In this document: positions 13,138-25,149 of the stretch, piece after piece
How positions within the stretch are numbered: the first letter of the stretch is position 1
Layout of the letters: each line of letters starts with the position of its first letter
Source of the DNA: Octopus vulgaris
Taxonomy: Eukaryota
Assembly: GCA_951406725.2 (NCBI GenBank)
Contig: OX597821.1
Span: 51,212,001-51,276,000, forward strand
DNA length: 64,000 nucleotides
Direction: 5' to 3'
The notes under the pieces: model-generated
What the model was told of the DNA's origin: nothing
The model's input: the letters and a program-made list of their open reading frames with translations, nothing else
Databases searched by the model: none
Position numbers and translations under genes: made by a program

Positions 13138-13481
13138 AAATACAGCATTCAACATACTGTCAAAATATCGCCTGGGTTTACATTGGATTTTAACGAAGGA
13201 CTTTTGCCTTCTTGGAAGTACTGACCAACATCCATATCCTCAGGAAAAAGATGAGTTGTGAACATTATTCTCCTGCCTATATTCATCTAACTACTGTTAC
13301 ACTTTATTTTTCTGTTCACTCCTTTCTTCTATTTTAGTCCTTATAAACCGTGAATTCTATTCCTTGTAAACTGTAACTTTACTGTAACTCTAAAATATTC
13401 ATACCTTATCTCTAATGACAGAACACCCAGTGCGTGGGAATACTAACCTACCGCTTGGGTTATGCCAGAAACGGCTGTAAG
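13138..13481 (+). repeat. Inverted repeat copy 1, pseudo-LTR-like, ending in degenerate HHR
   Basis: Near-identical to the reverse complement of 15493-15828; CTAATGA (13412)...GAAAC-GGCT-GTA (13468-13479). Confidence 0.85.
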
Positions 13482-15024
13482 TACTGTAAGTACAAAAAAA
13501 GATGACATGGTTCTCGACTACAGTGTCGTTTAGCTCTGATGATCGCTGACCCAGGGCTAAATATTAAAACCAACAATAACAATTGTAATACCAATATGAC
13601 TAGTATATGTAAAAATCCTGGTTGTTATCAATAAACCTTACATAACGCTGTGTACTAAATCACTTTTTCTATTAGAGCTTCAGTGAAGAGTTCTCTCTCT
13701 ATTGTATGTTACAGATTGCATGGTTCATAGAACGTTTATCTCTCAAGACTAAACCATGTTATATTTATACGTGGCTTAACCACAGAAGGGATTGTAATAG
13801 CATGAAACATTTTTGAGAGCCACTGAGATAGATGGCAAGAACCTGTACGTGCTCGTTTGATCTGCTTGACAAAGCAGTCAAATAAACTCAGATCATACGT
13901 TGAAGGTTTTAAAAGTCGTAGAAATTGTACACTGGATTATATTTCCTAGGCATTTCTAAAAAGAGTCAGTATTGACTGACCTGAGGATAAAAGTAATGAA
14001 ATGAATAATATCCCAGTCGTCATCATCACAATTACTGTCATCATCACTACTACCAGCACCATAACACAACCACAAAACTATCACCTTGATATAAAAAAAG
14101 GACGAGAAGATTACGGCAGGAATATCTTTTGATCCTACCCATACTGGAACAGGGCGGCAGTGGGATTTAGCACCATGTAGTCCCGCTATTGGAATAAAAA
14201 TAACGAACGACTTCGCACGCAATGAAGTGAACACGTTTACCATATCTCCGCAGACTGCTGTCTCACAGGAAATATTCCCAGAAGGCGAATGAGCACGAAT
14301 CCTGAACAAGGAACAATGAGATACAGTGTTTACAGGGAATCAGAAGATAAAACTGAGATATTAAGATATAGAGAAAAAAATCGCTGACAACCTAATTAAA
14401 GATATAATTAGGGATCTGTACATTGATTGACATGACATATATTGAGAGGTTAAATATTTAATCTATCAGCTGGTGGAGCAATAACTTCCTGTAGCAGTTA
14501 GTTATACAGTACCACTGCTTAATATATTTCCAGCATTACACATTTACATCGCAAATATATACTACAAACGACATGCGATATTCTGACATGAAAATGGCTA
14601 CACACGCTGATATCTGTATGTGTGTGCATGTGTGTGTGGTGTGTCGCTGAGCGCATGCGTAGTGTGTTTTTATGCGTATGTACTAGACACACAGACACAC
14701 ACGCACGGATGTATATACACACACACACACACACACATACACGCACATACACATATATAAGTCGTTCGTTGTTTGTATCCCCATTGTGTTATTTTTATCT
14801 ATTCGGTGTTGTTATTGTTTAATCCCACCTCAGCCTCGTTCCTCCATGGGTAGGATCAATACAAACGCAGACACATACACAAACACGCACACCTGTATGA
14901 CGTAAAAGAATAAGCAAAAGCCATCCACCTGGTAATCCATATGTAGAGTTCAAGGTTGGTGTTCCGAGGTCGAATCTAGAGTAAACCCGTGTATGCATTT
15001 AATATACGGCGTAAAGACGTCGAT

Positions 15025-15175
15025 AAATATCGGTTTCAAATTTTAGCACAAGGCCAGCAATTTGGGGGGAGGGGGAAAGTCGATTACACTGACGCCAGTG
15101 CTCAACTGCTATCTATTTGATCGACTCCAGAACAATGAAATGCAATTCGCCCGGTGGAATTTGAATTCAGATGGC
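15025..15175 (-). mobile_element. SINE family A (degenerate)
   Basis: ggtttcaaattttagcacaaggccagcaatttgggg...gtcgattacac...ggaatttgaa is the reverse complement of the family A body. Confidence 0.65.
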
Positions 15176-15492
15176 GTCAGAATGCTCAAGTTCGTCCAAA
15201 ACGTCATGATTCCTAGCAATAGTTCCAAAGGATTTATAAGGGCTATGGTGCACGAAAACATCAACTGCGAATCGGAAATGCATGTTTGTGTGTACTTTAT
15301 GCAAAGGTTCGTGTGTTGGTGAATGTATATAGGTGTAAGATCTATATATGCTTGTGTGTGTGTGTGTGTGTGTGTGTGAGTGTGTGTGTGCGTGTGTGTC
15401 GGTATCGTATTAGAGGAAAAATCTAAACGAAAGTAGAATGAGTATCTCAAGTGATTCAGAATAATTAAATTAAAGTAAGGTGAATTTGATGT

Positions 15493-16085
15493 CTTACAGC
15501 CGTTTCTGGCATAACCCAAGCGGTAGGTTAGTATTCCCACGCACTGGGTATTAGAGATAAGGTATGAATATTTTAGAGTTACAGTAAATTTACAGTTTAC
15601 AAGGAATAGAATTCACAGTTTATAAGGACTAAAATAGAAGAAAGGAGTGAACAGAAGAATAAAGTGTAACAGTAGTTAGATGAATATAGGCAGGAGAATA
15701 ATGTTCACAACTCATCTTTTTCCTGAGGATATGGATGTTGGTCAGTACTTCCAAGAAGGCAAAAGTCCTTCGTTAAAATCCAATGTAAACCCAGGCGATA
15801 TTTTGACAGTATGTTGAATGCTGTATTTATATTGTAAATATGTATATAGAGCGAGAAAGTAAGATAGGCATAAATGGGTTTTGTGAGTGGGTGTATATAG
15901 GAAAGAGAGGAGAAAGAGAAAGAGGGGGGAGAGTGAGGAGAATAGAATAAAAAATAAGATAGCGGCAAAAAGGTGAAAAATAATAAATTGTTTTTTAAAT
16001 AAAATAAATATAAATGTAATGGTAGAGATATCACAAACGTTTTTTAGGGAGAGAGAGAAAGAAGAAATATATAGAGAGAGGAGAA

Positions 16086-16116
<31 letters not shown>

Positions 16117-16440
16117 AAGGAGAAAGGAGTAAAAACAAATATTTGAAAGGGGCAAAAAGATTAAATAAGAATAAAAATAAAAATAAAATTAAATTAAATG
16201 TAATGGCAGAGATATATCAATATTGCATCGGGGTGAGAGGTCAAACATTAAAGTTTCAGTAAAGGGGGGGGGGGAGACAAGTCTAGATAAGGTTTCAAAG
16301 GACAATAGTATGGTGGTTAATACGCTTATTTAAAATAAAATTTCAAGCTTAATAGCAATTAAATGCTACGAGATAAAGGATTAAGAATTAAAGTTAAAAC
16401 TTAAAATTAGAACTAAAAATTAAAAGTTAAAACCGTCAAT
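15493..16440 (-). mobile_element. Probable Penelope-like 3' region with pseudo-LTR (inverted repeat copy 2 at 15493-15828)
   Basis: Repeat match to 13138-13481 is direct; the upstream pyrimidine-rich tract on the minus strand is assigned to the element by inference only. Confidence 0.5.
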
Positions 16441-16868
16441 TGCAAAATAAGAAAGCGCGCGCGCACACACACACATATATACATACATATATGTATATAC
16501 ATACATGCATACACATACATATACACATATACATACATACACATGCACGCACACATAGATACACACATATTAGCGTACATACACACACACATTTATATAT
16601 GTTAACGACCATGGATGGATGTGTTATGCGTGTTCATTTTGTTTGCATTTGAACATATGAAGGAACTTAAAGGTGTAATAGAACTTAAGAACACGTTTAA
16701 AAAGATTGGCGTTGTTTTTTTTTAGTAATTTATTAATTTCGGTGAGTTACGCATTAATACTCGGAAGGCTTCTTCCCCTCATATTCTCTCTCTATGTGCG
16801 CGTGTGTGTGTGTGAGTGTGTGCGTATGTATGTATGTATGTATGTATGTATGTATGTATGTATGTATG

Positions 16869-16909
<41 letters not shown>

Positions 16910-16949
16910 TATGTATCTACGTCTAAGATATATGATCTTTATATATGTA

Positions 16950-17006
<57 letters not shown>

Positions 17007-17089
17007 TATGTATCTATGTCTAAGATATATATATATATATATACATATATATATGGTATGTAACTATGTCTAAGATATATATATATACA

Positions 17090-17390
17090 TATTGTTGGAT
17101 TTTTCTCATAAGGTATTGGAATCTTACATATATAACATTCTGCCTAAAAAATGGATCTACAAATTCAATATCCCTACATATCTCACATCTATATTCTTTC
17201 TTCCACCTCACTCTCTATTTTATATCCCATCTAAATTAATTATTACTTAACGATCCTCTCACACCGTCTCCGATTAAGTGATATAACTAATAAATATCCT
17301 GGAAACAGCTGTAAAACATTCTGTCTATAAATGTTCTAATATCTACACAGCCTTGATTTTTTAATCTCATTACGCAAAGAATTCTGATAG
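17090..17390 (+). mobile_element. (TA)n-adjacent pseudo-LTR-like segment with degenerate HHR
   Basis: CCGATTA (17270)-A-GTGATAT...ATATCCTG-GAAAC-AGCT-GTA (17302-17313); palindromic stem III ACAGCTGT. Confidence 0.5.
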
Positions 17391-17443
17391 TTTTTCTTTC
17401 CCTTTTCTTTTCTTTCTCCTTTTTTTATTTTTTATTTTTTATT

Positions 17444-17563
17444 TTCCTTTTACGATCCCTTTTGAGCGAAAACCTACCCCATTTTTTTCTCTCCCCTAAA
17501 AGAAATGCTCTACTTTGTAATCTGTCCCGTCTGTGTGCAACCATCTGTGGCTAATAAAGAAAC

Positions 17564-17564
<1 letters not shown>
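17444..17564 (+). mobile_element. Second copy of the L1/Tx1 3' tail
   Basis: ttccttttacgatccctttt...gctctac..tgtaat...tgtgtgca...tgtggctaataaagaaaca matches 1948-2068; followed by (TA)n. Confidence 0.85.
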
Positions 17565-17606
<42 letters not shown>

Positions 17607-17674
17607 TTATATTTCGGAATGGTCATTTTGCCAGTTTAGCCAATAGTTTAAACGTACTTAGACATAGATACATA

Positions 17675-17708
<34 letters not shown>

Positions 17709-17731
17709 ATCATATATCTTAGACATAGATA

Positions 17732-17789
<58 letters not shown>

Positions 17790-18349
17790 GTATTATATAT
17801 ATATAGTATATATGTGTGTTGGAGGGTTTAACATACAAAAACATTTTTTTTATATAAAAGAGCTGCCTTCGCTCACAAACCATGCGTACGTTTATTATAT
17901 ATGATTCTTTATAGTCACAGTATGTGACATTGTTTGTACACACAAGTTGTACTTATACTCAAGCAATCGTGTACCATTTAAACAAACATTTAATAACTTC
18001 ATTCGATGAAACACAATACAGATGCGTAGTAGACCTAAACTATCTCTCTAAATATAGAATGGTTGTTTACAAATATTTAAACATATGTAAACATTCATAC
18101 TCACATACTGACTTGCTAGTGTGTGTATGTCAATTTGGTGTGTGTAGGGGAAAATTATATTTAGTGAGGTACTAATGTGAATACCACATGTGTGGAATAT
18201 ACGAATGTATATATGTGTTTAGATATAGTAATACACATCTATTTATGTTCATATGTGTGTGCCTCTCTCTCCCTCCCTGCTCCTCTCTATCTCTCTCATA
18301 CATATCTATGTGTGTGTATGTATATATGTACATATGTATATATATATAT

Positions 18350-18411
<62 letters not shown>

Positions 18412-19181
18412 TACATGATTCACACACATATGTTACGGATATGGGTTTTGCAATGCCTATGTACGTTACATATGTGATGAATATGCATATATTCAAAGAA
18501 CTAGAACCAACTAATACGGACTTCGATAACTCCGTGCTACACTTCCTTTGACACTAAAAATACCTACAACAACGGTCGATATTAAATTTCCTTGCACAAC
18601 ATGCTTGGTTAAAATGTCAACTAGATATATATTATGCGAAACAGATGTAAAAACAAGACTTGATCATATTATTGAATGTGCATCTTTTCATATAAATACA
18701 TTCGTTCCCTTATTTATTGTGTGCTTGCCTTTCTAATGTATGTGTGTGTTAGTGTGTGCGTTTGTGTGTGCGTTTGTGCATGTGTGTGTGCCTATATGTG
18801 TGCACGTATCTATATTCATACAGTTATACATGTGTCATTGATTGTCTTCCGTTTCTTAATTGTGTTCTGCTACACGTTTATTCTTGCTATTTTCTCATTC
18901 TTCCATTGATTTCTGGTTCCTGTGTTTCCCTATTTCTGAAATGCTAAACCTGGTTCTTTGCTCACCAATCAATATTATTGTTGTAGTGGGTCGAGGGCGT
19001 GACGGTTGGGATAAGTAATGTTATCTTCTCTTTAGCTAACCTCTTATCATACATAGTTTATACTGATGTCAACGATACTTGCCCCCATTTCTGCTTTTAG
19101 TTTTCGTTGTGGTAGTTTAGCCTTCAGTTCAATCCTGATAAACAGACGGCTGATATTCCTGTAGCCACTATCCTATATATA

Positions 19182-19767
19182 TAAAATTTAATAAGGGTAG
19201 AAATTGATATTAATCAATTAAAACCAGTGGCCTAGCATATTAAAAAATCCGAAGATTAAAATATTTTTACATACGAAATTTAAAGGAGTGACCACTAAAA
19301 GTGGACAGTCAACATGCTAGATATAGATGTCAAATCGCTATTTTCCACCAAGAATATGTTCTCAAATAAAAAAAACTCAGCACAAACCAAAGCATAAAAT
19401 AAGCAAGACAAATGAAAATATACGAAATAAAAATGATTACCTATGTACCGATCAGTTTCGATTGTTATTATCCACGCATATGGATACCTCTAAACTCATC
19501 AACATAGTCTGTCATATAGAAATGCAATTTGCAGGACTAAATACAAAAACGTTTGACCGGAGTCTCGCGTGCATAGAGTCCAACCAATTATATTTATGTG
19601 TATCTTTCAAATGCCTTCACTTTGGCGCGCTGAGATCGGAAATCTACCCTGCAGCCAATAAGTAGCAGCAGTCAATTTACCGGTTAGAGATCATTTTTTA
19701 TTATTTAAAATTTAATAAGGGTAGAAATTGATATTAATCAATTAAAACCAGTGGCCTAGCATATTAA

Positions 19768-19768
<1 letters not shown>
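19182..19768 (-). mobile_element. Retrozyme-like / tandem pseudo-LTR element with terminal direct repeat
   Basis: 63-bp direct repeat at 19182-19244 and 19706-19768 (period 524), internal HHR, TA repeats on both sides. Confidence 0.7.
19441..19507 (-). ncRNA. Type I hammerhead ribozyme-like motif
   Basis: Minus strand: CTATG-TTGATGA-(stem II region containing TATCCA/TGGATA hairpin)-GAAAC-TGATCG-GTA-CATAG; 5-bp stem I, near-palindromic stem III, GUA triplet; core has C3U. Confidence 0.7.
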
Positions 19769-19800
<32 letters not shown>

Positions 19801-19841
19801 TAAATATATATATATATAGATAGATAGATAGATAGACAGAC

Positions 19842-19889
<48 letters not shown>

Positions 19890-20253
19890 ATATGTATATA
19901 TATATATGTATATAGCCATTATAAAGTATGAGCGAATATACTAATAACTTGTCTTTTGTTCAAGCGTAGGCTACATTATCCAGTTTGAACTTTATAATTG
20001 AACTTTATAATTGACTTAGTTTGGGCAGCTGTTTTTGACAGGTGGAATCGACCATCTAGAGACTAATTAATATTTCGTTTTCCTGTCTACTGAAGCTGAT
20101 GAGCAGCGCTGAGATTGCTGCATAAAGCATATTTTTATTTTAAACATTTTTGTACGAAAACATTTGGTTCAGTCGGTTGACGTCTGTAGTTTTTTAATGT
20201 GTACAAAAATATATACGCACAAGCTTACATACATGCATGCATCAGTGTAAATA

Positions 20254-21531
20254 TCAGGCTGAGTAAAAAGTAAGCAACATTTTGAAACATGAAATCCATA
20301 ACAATATATTTCAGTAATGCGGAGATTTTATTAATCAAAGTAAGTATCTTTACAATCAACATATTTTTGCCAAAGGGTTACAAGTTTGTTTTTTACAGTA
20401 ACATAAAATTCTGGAGTTATGGAGCTGATGAACTCTTTGAACGCACTTTCAACATCGGTTTGATTTTTGAAGCCCTCTCACAGAAAACCATCAAGGTGCT
20501 TGAAAAAGTGATAGTCGGTAGGAGAAAGATCTGGGGAATAAGCTGAGTGGGGAAGAACTTCGTAGCCAAGTTCCCTCAACTTCTGGAGCGTCATTAGTGA
20601 AACGTGTGGTCGATCATTGTCATGAAGAATACTTGGGCCTCTTTTGTTGACCAATCTAGAACGAAAGAGTAGTAGTTTTCCGCTTATTTTGGCGATTTCA
20701 TGGCAATATGTTTCTGCAGTAATGGTTTTTCCTGGTTTTAAGAAGTTATAGTGGATGAATCCAGCAGTACATCACCAAACAGTCACCATAACATTCCCTT
20801 CTTTTCTAAGAGCTCGGGTTTAGGGAAAGTTTTCGGTGCTTCATTTTGGTCCAACCACTGCGAAGAACGTCTTTTTTTTTATTGTACAGAATCTACTTTT
20901 CATAACAAGTTACAATACGGTCGAAAAATGGATCGGTCTGGATACAGAGAAGCAACGAGCAAATTTCATATCCGCGATTCCTGATTCTCATTCATATCAT
21001 GTGGTACCCATTTGTCGAGCCTTTTTGATTTTCCAATCGCATGCAAATGGTTGCAGGCAGTTTTCTGGCTAACTTTGAACTTCTTTTGCCAGAGTGGTTT
21101 TACGTGGATCTTTCTCAATGACGTTCTTTAATTGACCGTCGTCAATGACAGATGGTCGTCCACTACGTTCACGATTTTCAAGGCTCAGGTCTCCACTGCG
21201 AAATCGTTTAAACCGTTTTTGAGATGACCAGTAACTGGACGTTTCCTCACCAAACATTTCGTTGATGTCTCGAGCGGTTTCAACTACTTTACGTCCTGTT
21301 TTGAAGTTGCATAGTAAAATTGGTCGAAAATTGCGCTCTGACAGTTCCATTTCAGTTGATTGTAACGACGGTGATAAAAAATCAATGTTAATTTATTGAT
21401 GCATTTGGGCAAGTCAATATCTGTATTATCAGACAATAGCAAAAAGATGTTTAAAAACATTAAAAACACTGCATAAATCTGGTGCAAATTCTTCATGGTT
21501 CAAAACTTTGCTTACTTTCCAGTTATCCTGA
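20254..21531 (-). mobile_element. Full-length but decayed mariner DNA transposon
   Basis: Imperfect TIRs (tcaggctgagtaaaaagtaagcaacattttgaaacatgaa / ttcatggttcaaaactttgcttactttccagttatcctga), TA near both ends, about 1.28 kb. Confidence 0.85.
20330..21350 (-). pseudogene. Mariner transposase pseudogene
   Basis: N-terminal HTH MELSERNFRPILL...RFKRFRSGDLSLENRERSGRPS...DPRKTT; LHDNDRPH near 20603-20628; YSPDLSPTDYHFF near 20500-20540; interrupted by stops/frameshifts; 3' boundary approximate. Confidence 0.85.
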
Positions 21532-22044
21532 TTACACGCGCGCGACACATTTATAATAGTCTACAATACAGTTATAATTAAGAGCACCAAGATTTCTTTG
21601 TCTGTATGCAGAAACGTTAGCACGCCAGGTGAAGTGCTTAGCAGTAGTCCTCTTAGCTCATTGTTGTTAAAATTATGTAAATTACCTAAGTCATAAATAT
21701 CTTCTACTCGTTTTGTGTAAGTCTAAGACCATTGGCTACAACAGATAAGGTGAGAAATTTATCATGCCAGTGACACCTATTGAGTAAAAAAAAAACACGT
21801 GTTCACCTCTGTCCTCTTATCTCCAGACAATAAACTTATCCCTTTCTTTAATGCCGTGTCATCTCTGGAGAAATTCTTGATTCTTAAGATTAGCTTACCT
21901 ACTCATATGGAGTAGTCATAATTGCTATTCGGTATTTACGACATTTTCTCTACAGGCAGAAATAATTTTAATAACCCAAGAATTTAAGCTGTATACCATT
22001 TGATATATCTGTGCTTTTGTCTCTTTCTCTCTCTTTCTGGTTGT

Positions 22045-22081
<37 letters not shown>

Positions 22082-22208
22082 CATTCACTGTTATTCATGT
22101 TGAAAAAGTTACACAATAACGAGAGTCAAGTCTCATTTTCACACGCACACACATACTTTCAACCTGCGTTTTGTGCATCATATACAAATGTATGCGTGTG
22201 TGAAATGC

Positions 22209-22263
<55 letters not shown>

Positions 22264-22640
22264 TAGTGTCTATATGCGTGTGTATGTGTGTTTAATTCCA
22301 GTACATGAATAAACGCAGACAATAATATTGGAAATGGGAGATTAATAAATGAATTGCTAAAAATTAAAACCAAGATGAAAGAATAAAGAGTTCTTAAAAG
22401 ATTTGGTAACATAAAAATTAGCTGAAAATTGGTATCATTCTGAGGGTATGTAGGCCATTGTAGATAGAGTGTAAGAAGTAATGAGGGGAAATATTAAGAA
22501 GTGGAAGAGAGAGAGGTGGGACAGCGGAGAGAGTTAGTGACAGTGAGAGAGGAGTATAATTACAAGTGTTTGAGAGGAAGTGTAAACTTAGTGCAAAAAA
22601 GCAATCGGAACAAACGAAAAGAGGTAAATATATTTTACCA

Positions 22641-22644
<4 letters not shown>

Positions 22645-22686
<42 letters not shown>

Positions 22687-22808
22687 TATATGTATATATA
22701 TATGTATATATATATTTATAAGTATATGTATATATATATATATGTATATATATATATTTATATATTTATAAGTATATGTATATATATATATATATATATA
22801 TTTATAAG

Positions 22809-22865
<57 letters not shown>

Positions 22866-22884
22866 GTATTTATATATTTATAAG

Positions 22885-22922
<38 letters not shown>

Positions 22923-22923
22923 G

Positions 22924-22958
<35 letters not shown>

Positions 22959-23004
22959 GTATATGTATATTTATATATGTATATTTATATATGTATATGT
23001 ATAT

Positions 23005-23092
<88 letters not shown>

Positions 23093-23115
23093 AAGTATAT
23101 GAGTATATCTATATA
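22645..23115. repeat. Compound (TA)n microsatellite with recurring TTTATAAGTATATG variant
   Basis: Visible. Confidence 0.95.
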
Positions 23116-23900
23116 AGAAATTAAAAACAGGAAAATACGCACACTTACATAGTTTTAATATAATTTTTAATATATCGACCGGTTTCGCTATCGTTATTCA
23201 TGATAATATGTTTTACTTATTTGAATATATATTTTTTCTTAAGAAGAAATTTGGTCCATGTTGTGTGTGATGAAATTCACGAGTGAATGATTTCACAAGT
23301 AGATAAATAAAGGGAGGTAATTGGTTGTTATTATTGCTATTGTTGTGTGTAAGGGAGTAACTGCTCAACTTTCGGTAATGGGTGGGGATTAAATATGTGT
23401 ACAAAACAGAGACAGGTTTTAAAAACCTTCTTTAGTAAGGGATTTATGTACAGTGATGTAATCGTGAATTGAAATATGTAAAAATATATAAAATTTGGTT
23501 ATGCGTGCATATTAAGACGTGTGTTGTATTTTTCAATGAAAAAAGTTTCTTTATTTAAACGTTCTAGTTGAGAGATTGCCTCTTTGCACTGGTAGAAAGG
23601 GAAGACTGTGAAATTTGGTTTGATGCTATCTATATGTTCACTGAGAGGAATTTGTATTGCGGGAAACGTAAAATTCTTCCCTGAAGATGGTGGCTGTTGT
23701 CATCCGATGGAATCAAGTTACAATCATTATTTTGCACTATCAATCCCCCAGAAACTACTGCTCGACTAGTGAAAATCTTACTCAGGTCCTTTAATTCCTG
23801 ATATCATTTCTATTCTGTCTGAATCAGACTTTTTGTATGTATATTTTTGGTATTGAATTTATTTAATATCTTTTCTATATCATCTTGCCTAACTTGCTTG
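23116..23900 (-). mobile_element. Penelope-like fragment: GIY-YIG C-terminus, 3' region and inverted HHR-like segment, in (TA)n
   Basis: 23654-23499 (-) encodes QIPLSEHIDSIKPNFTVFPFYQCKEAISQLERLNKETFFIEKYNTRLNMHA*, matching the PLE endonuclease end (SEH...F...R..KE..FI..Y...LN). GAAACCGGTC on minus at 23177-23186; CTGAAGA-TGG...CCA-GAAAC on plus at 23681-23755. Confidence 0.7.
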
Positions 23901-23926
23901 TCCTATATATATACACATACACACAC

Positions 23927-24049
<123 letters not shown>

Positions 24050-24121
24050 TATATATATATGTATTTATATATATATAGAGATAGATAGATAGATATAGAT
24101 ATATATATACATATATATCTA

Positions 24122-24162
<41 letters not shown>

Positions 24163-24197
24163 AATATATTTATATATATAATATATATCTATCTATA

Positions 24198-24234
<37 letters not shown>

Positions 24235-24275
24235 ATATAAATCTTTATCTATATATGCATCTATCTATCTATCTA

Positions 24276-24317
<42 letters not shown>

Positions 24318-24321
<4 letters not shown>

Positions 24322-24503
24322 TGTATAAATCAATGTATATCTATATATTTAACCATCAGTCTGTCTACCTACATAGTTACTTTCTATCAATCCAGCGATA
24401 AACACACACACACGCTGTATATATATAAGATTGATAGAAAGTAACTATGTAGGTAGACAGACTGATGGTGAAATATATAGATATACATTGATTTATACAT
24501 GCA
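24318..24503. repeat. 75-bp inverted repeat (fold-back) next to (TA)n
   Basis: Arms 24318-24392 and 24429-24503, one mismatch seen. Confidence 0.9.
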
Positions 24504-25006
24504 TTTGTAACTTTGATTACCACCCATATAAATACACATGAACACACGCATACACATACATTGTTGTGTGTGTGTAAGTGAAAGGCAGAGAGAGAAAGAG
24601 AGAGAGAGGGGGACGACAGAAAAAGAGAGAGAGCAAGAGAGAGGAGGAGGAATCTGATATAACGTAAAAAACAGAACATTCAAGACAAAATGGCGCATTT
24701 CATTTTCATTGTACAATTTAATCATGGTTTAGGAGATGGAATGATGCAAATGAGAATGGGTAAGGGAAACAGGAAATCGTAGATTCTTATAAAAAGTAAT
24801 AACTGCGGGTGAAATGGACGAGCTAGAAACGTAACAAGCATATCGCAGTCATGGCTGATTCAGACATTACCTCTCTACATACAGACATATATTGATACAT
24901 ATATACATACACACACAGATGTATATATACATCTGTCTGAATGTAAGTGTATATGTATAGAATATATATATGTATATGTGTATATATATCTATATCTATC
25001 TCCCCG

Positions 25007-25149
<143 letters not shown>

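Noticed and set aside
13079-13261. Identical peptide NTAFNILSKYRLGLHWILTKDF... in two ORFs (also 15705-16034) as a duplicated gene
   Set aside because: Explained by the non-coding inverted repeat; no recognisable domain or splice structure.
22501-23142. YI/YM/HT/CV-repeat ORFs throughout the window
   Set aside because: Dinucleotide and tetranucleotide repeats lack stop codons; not coding evidence.
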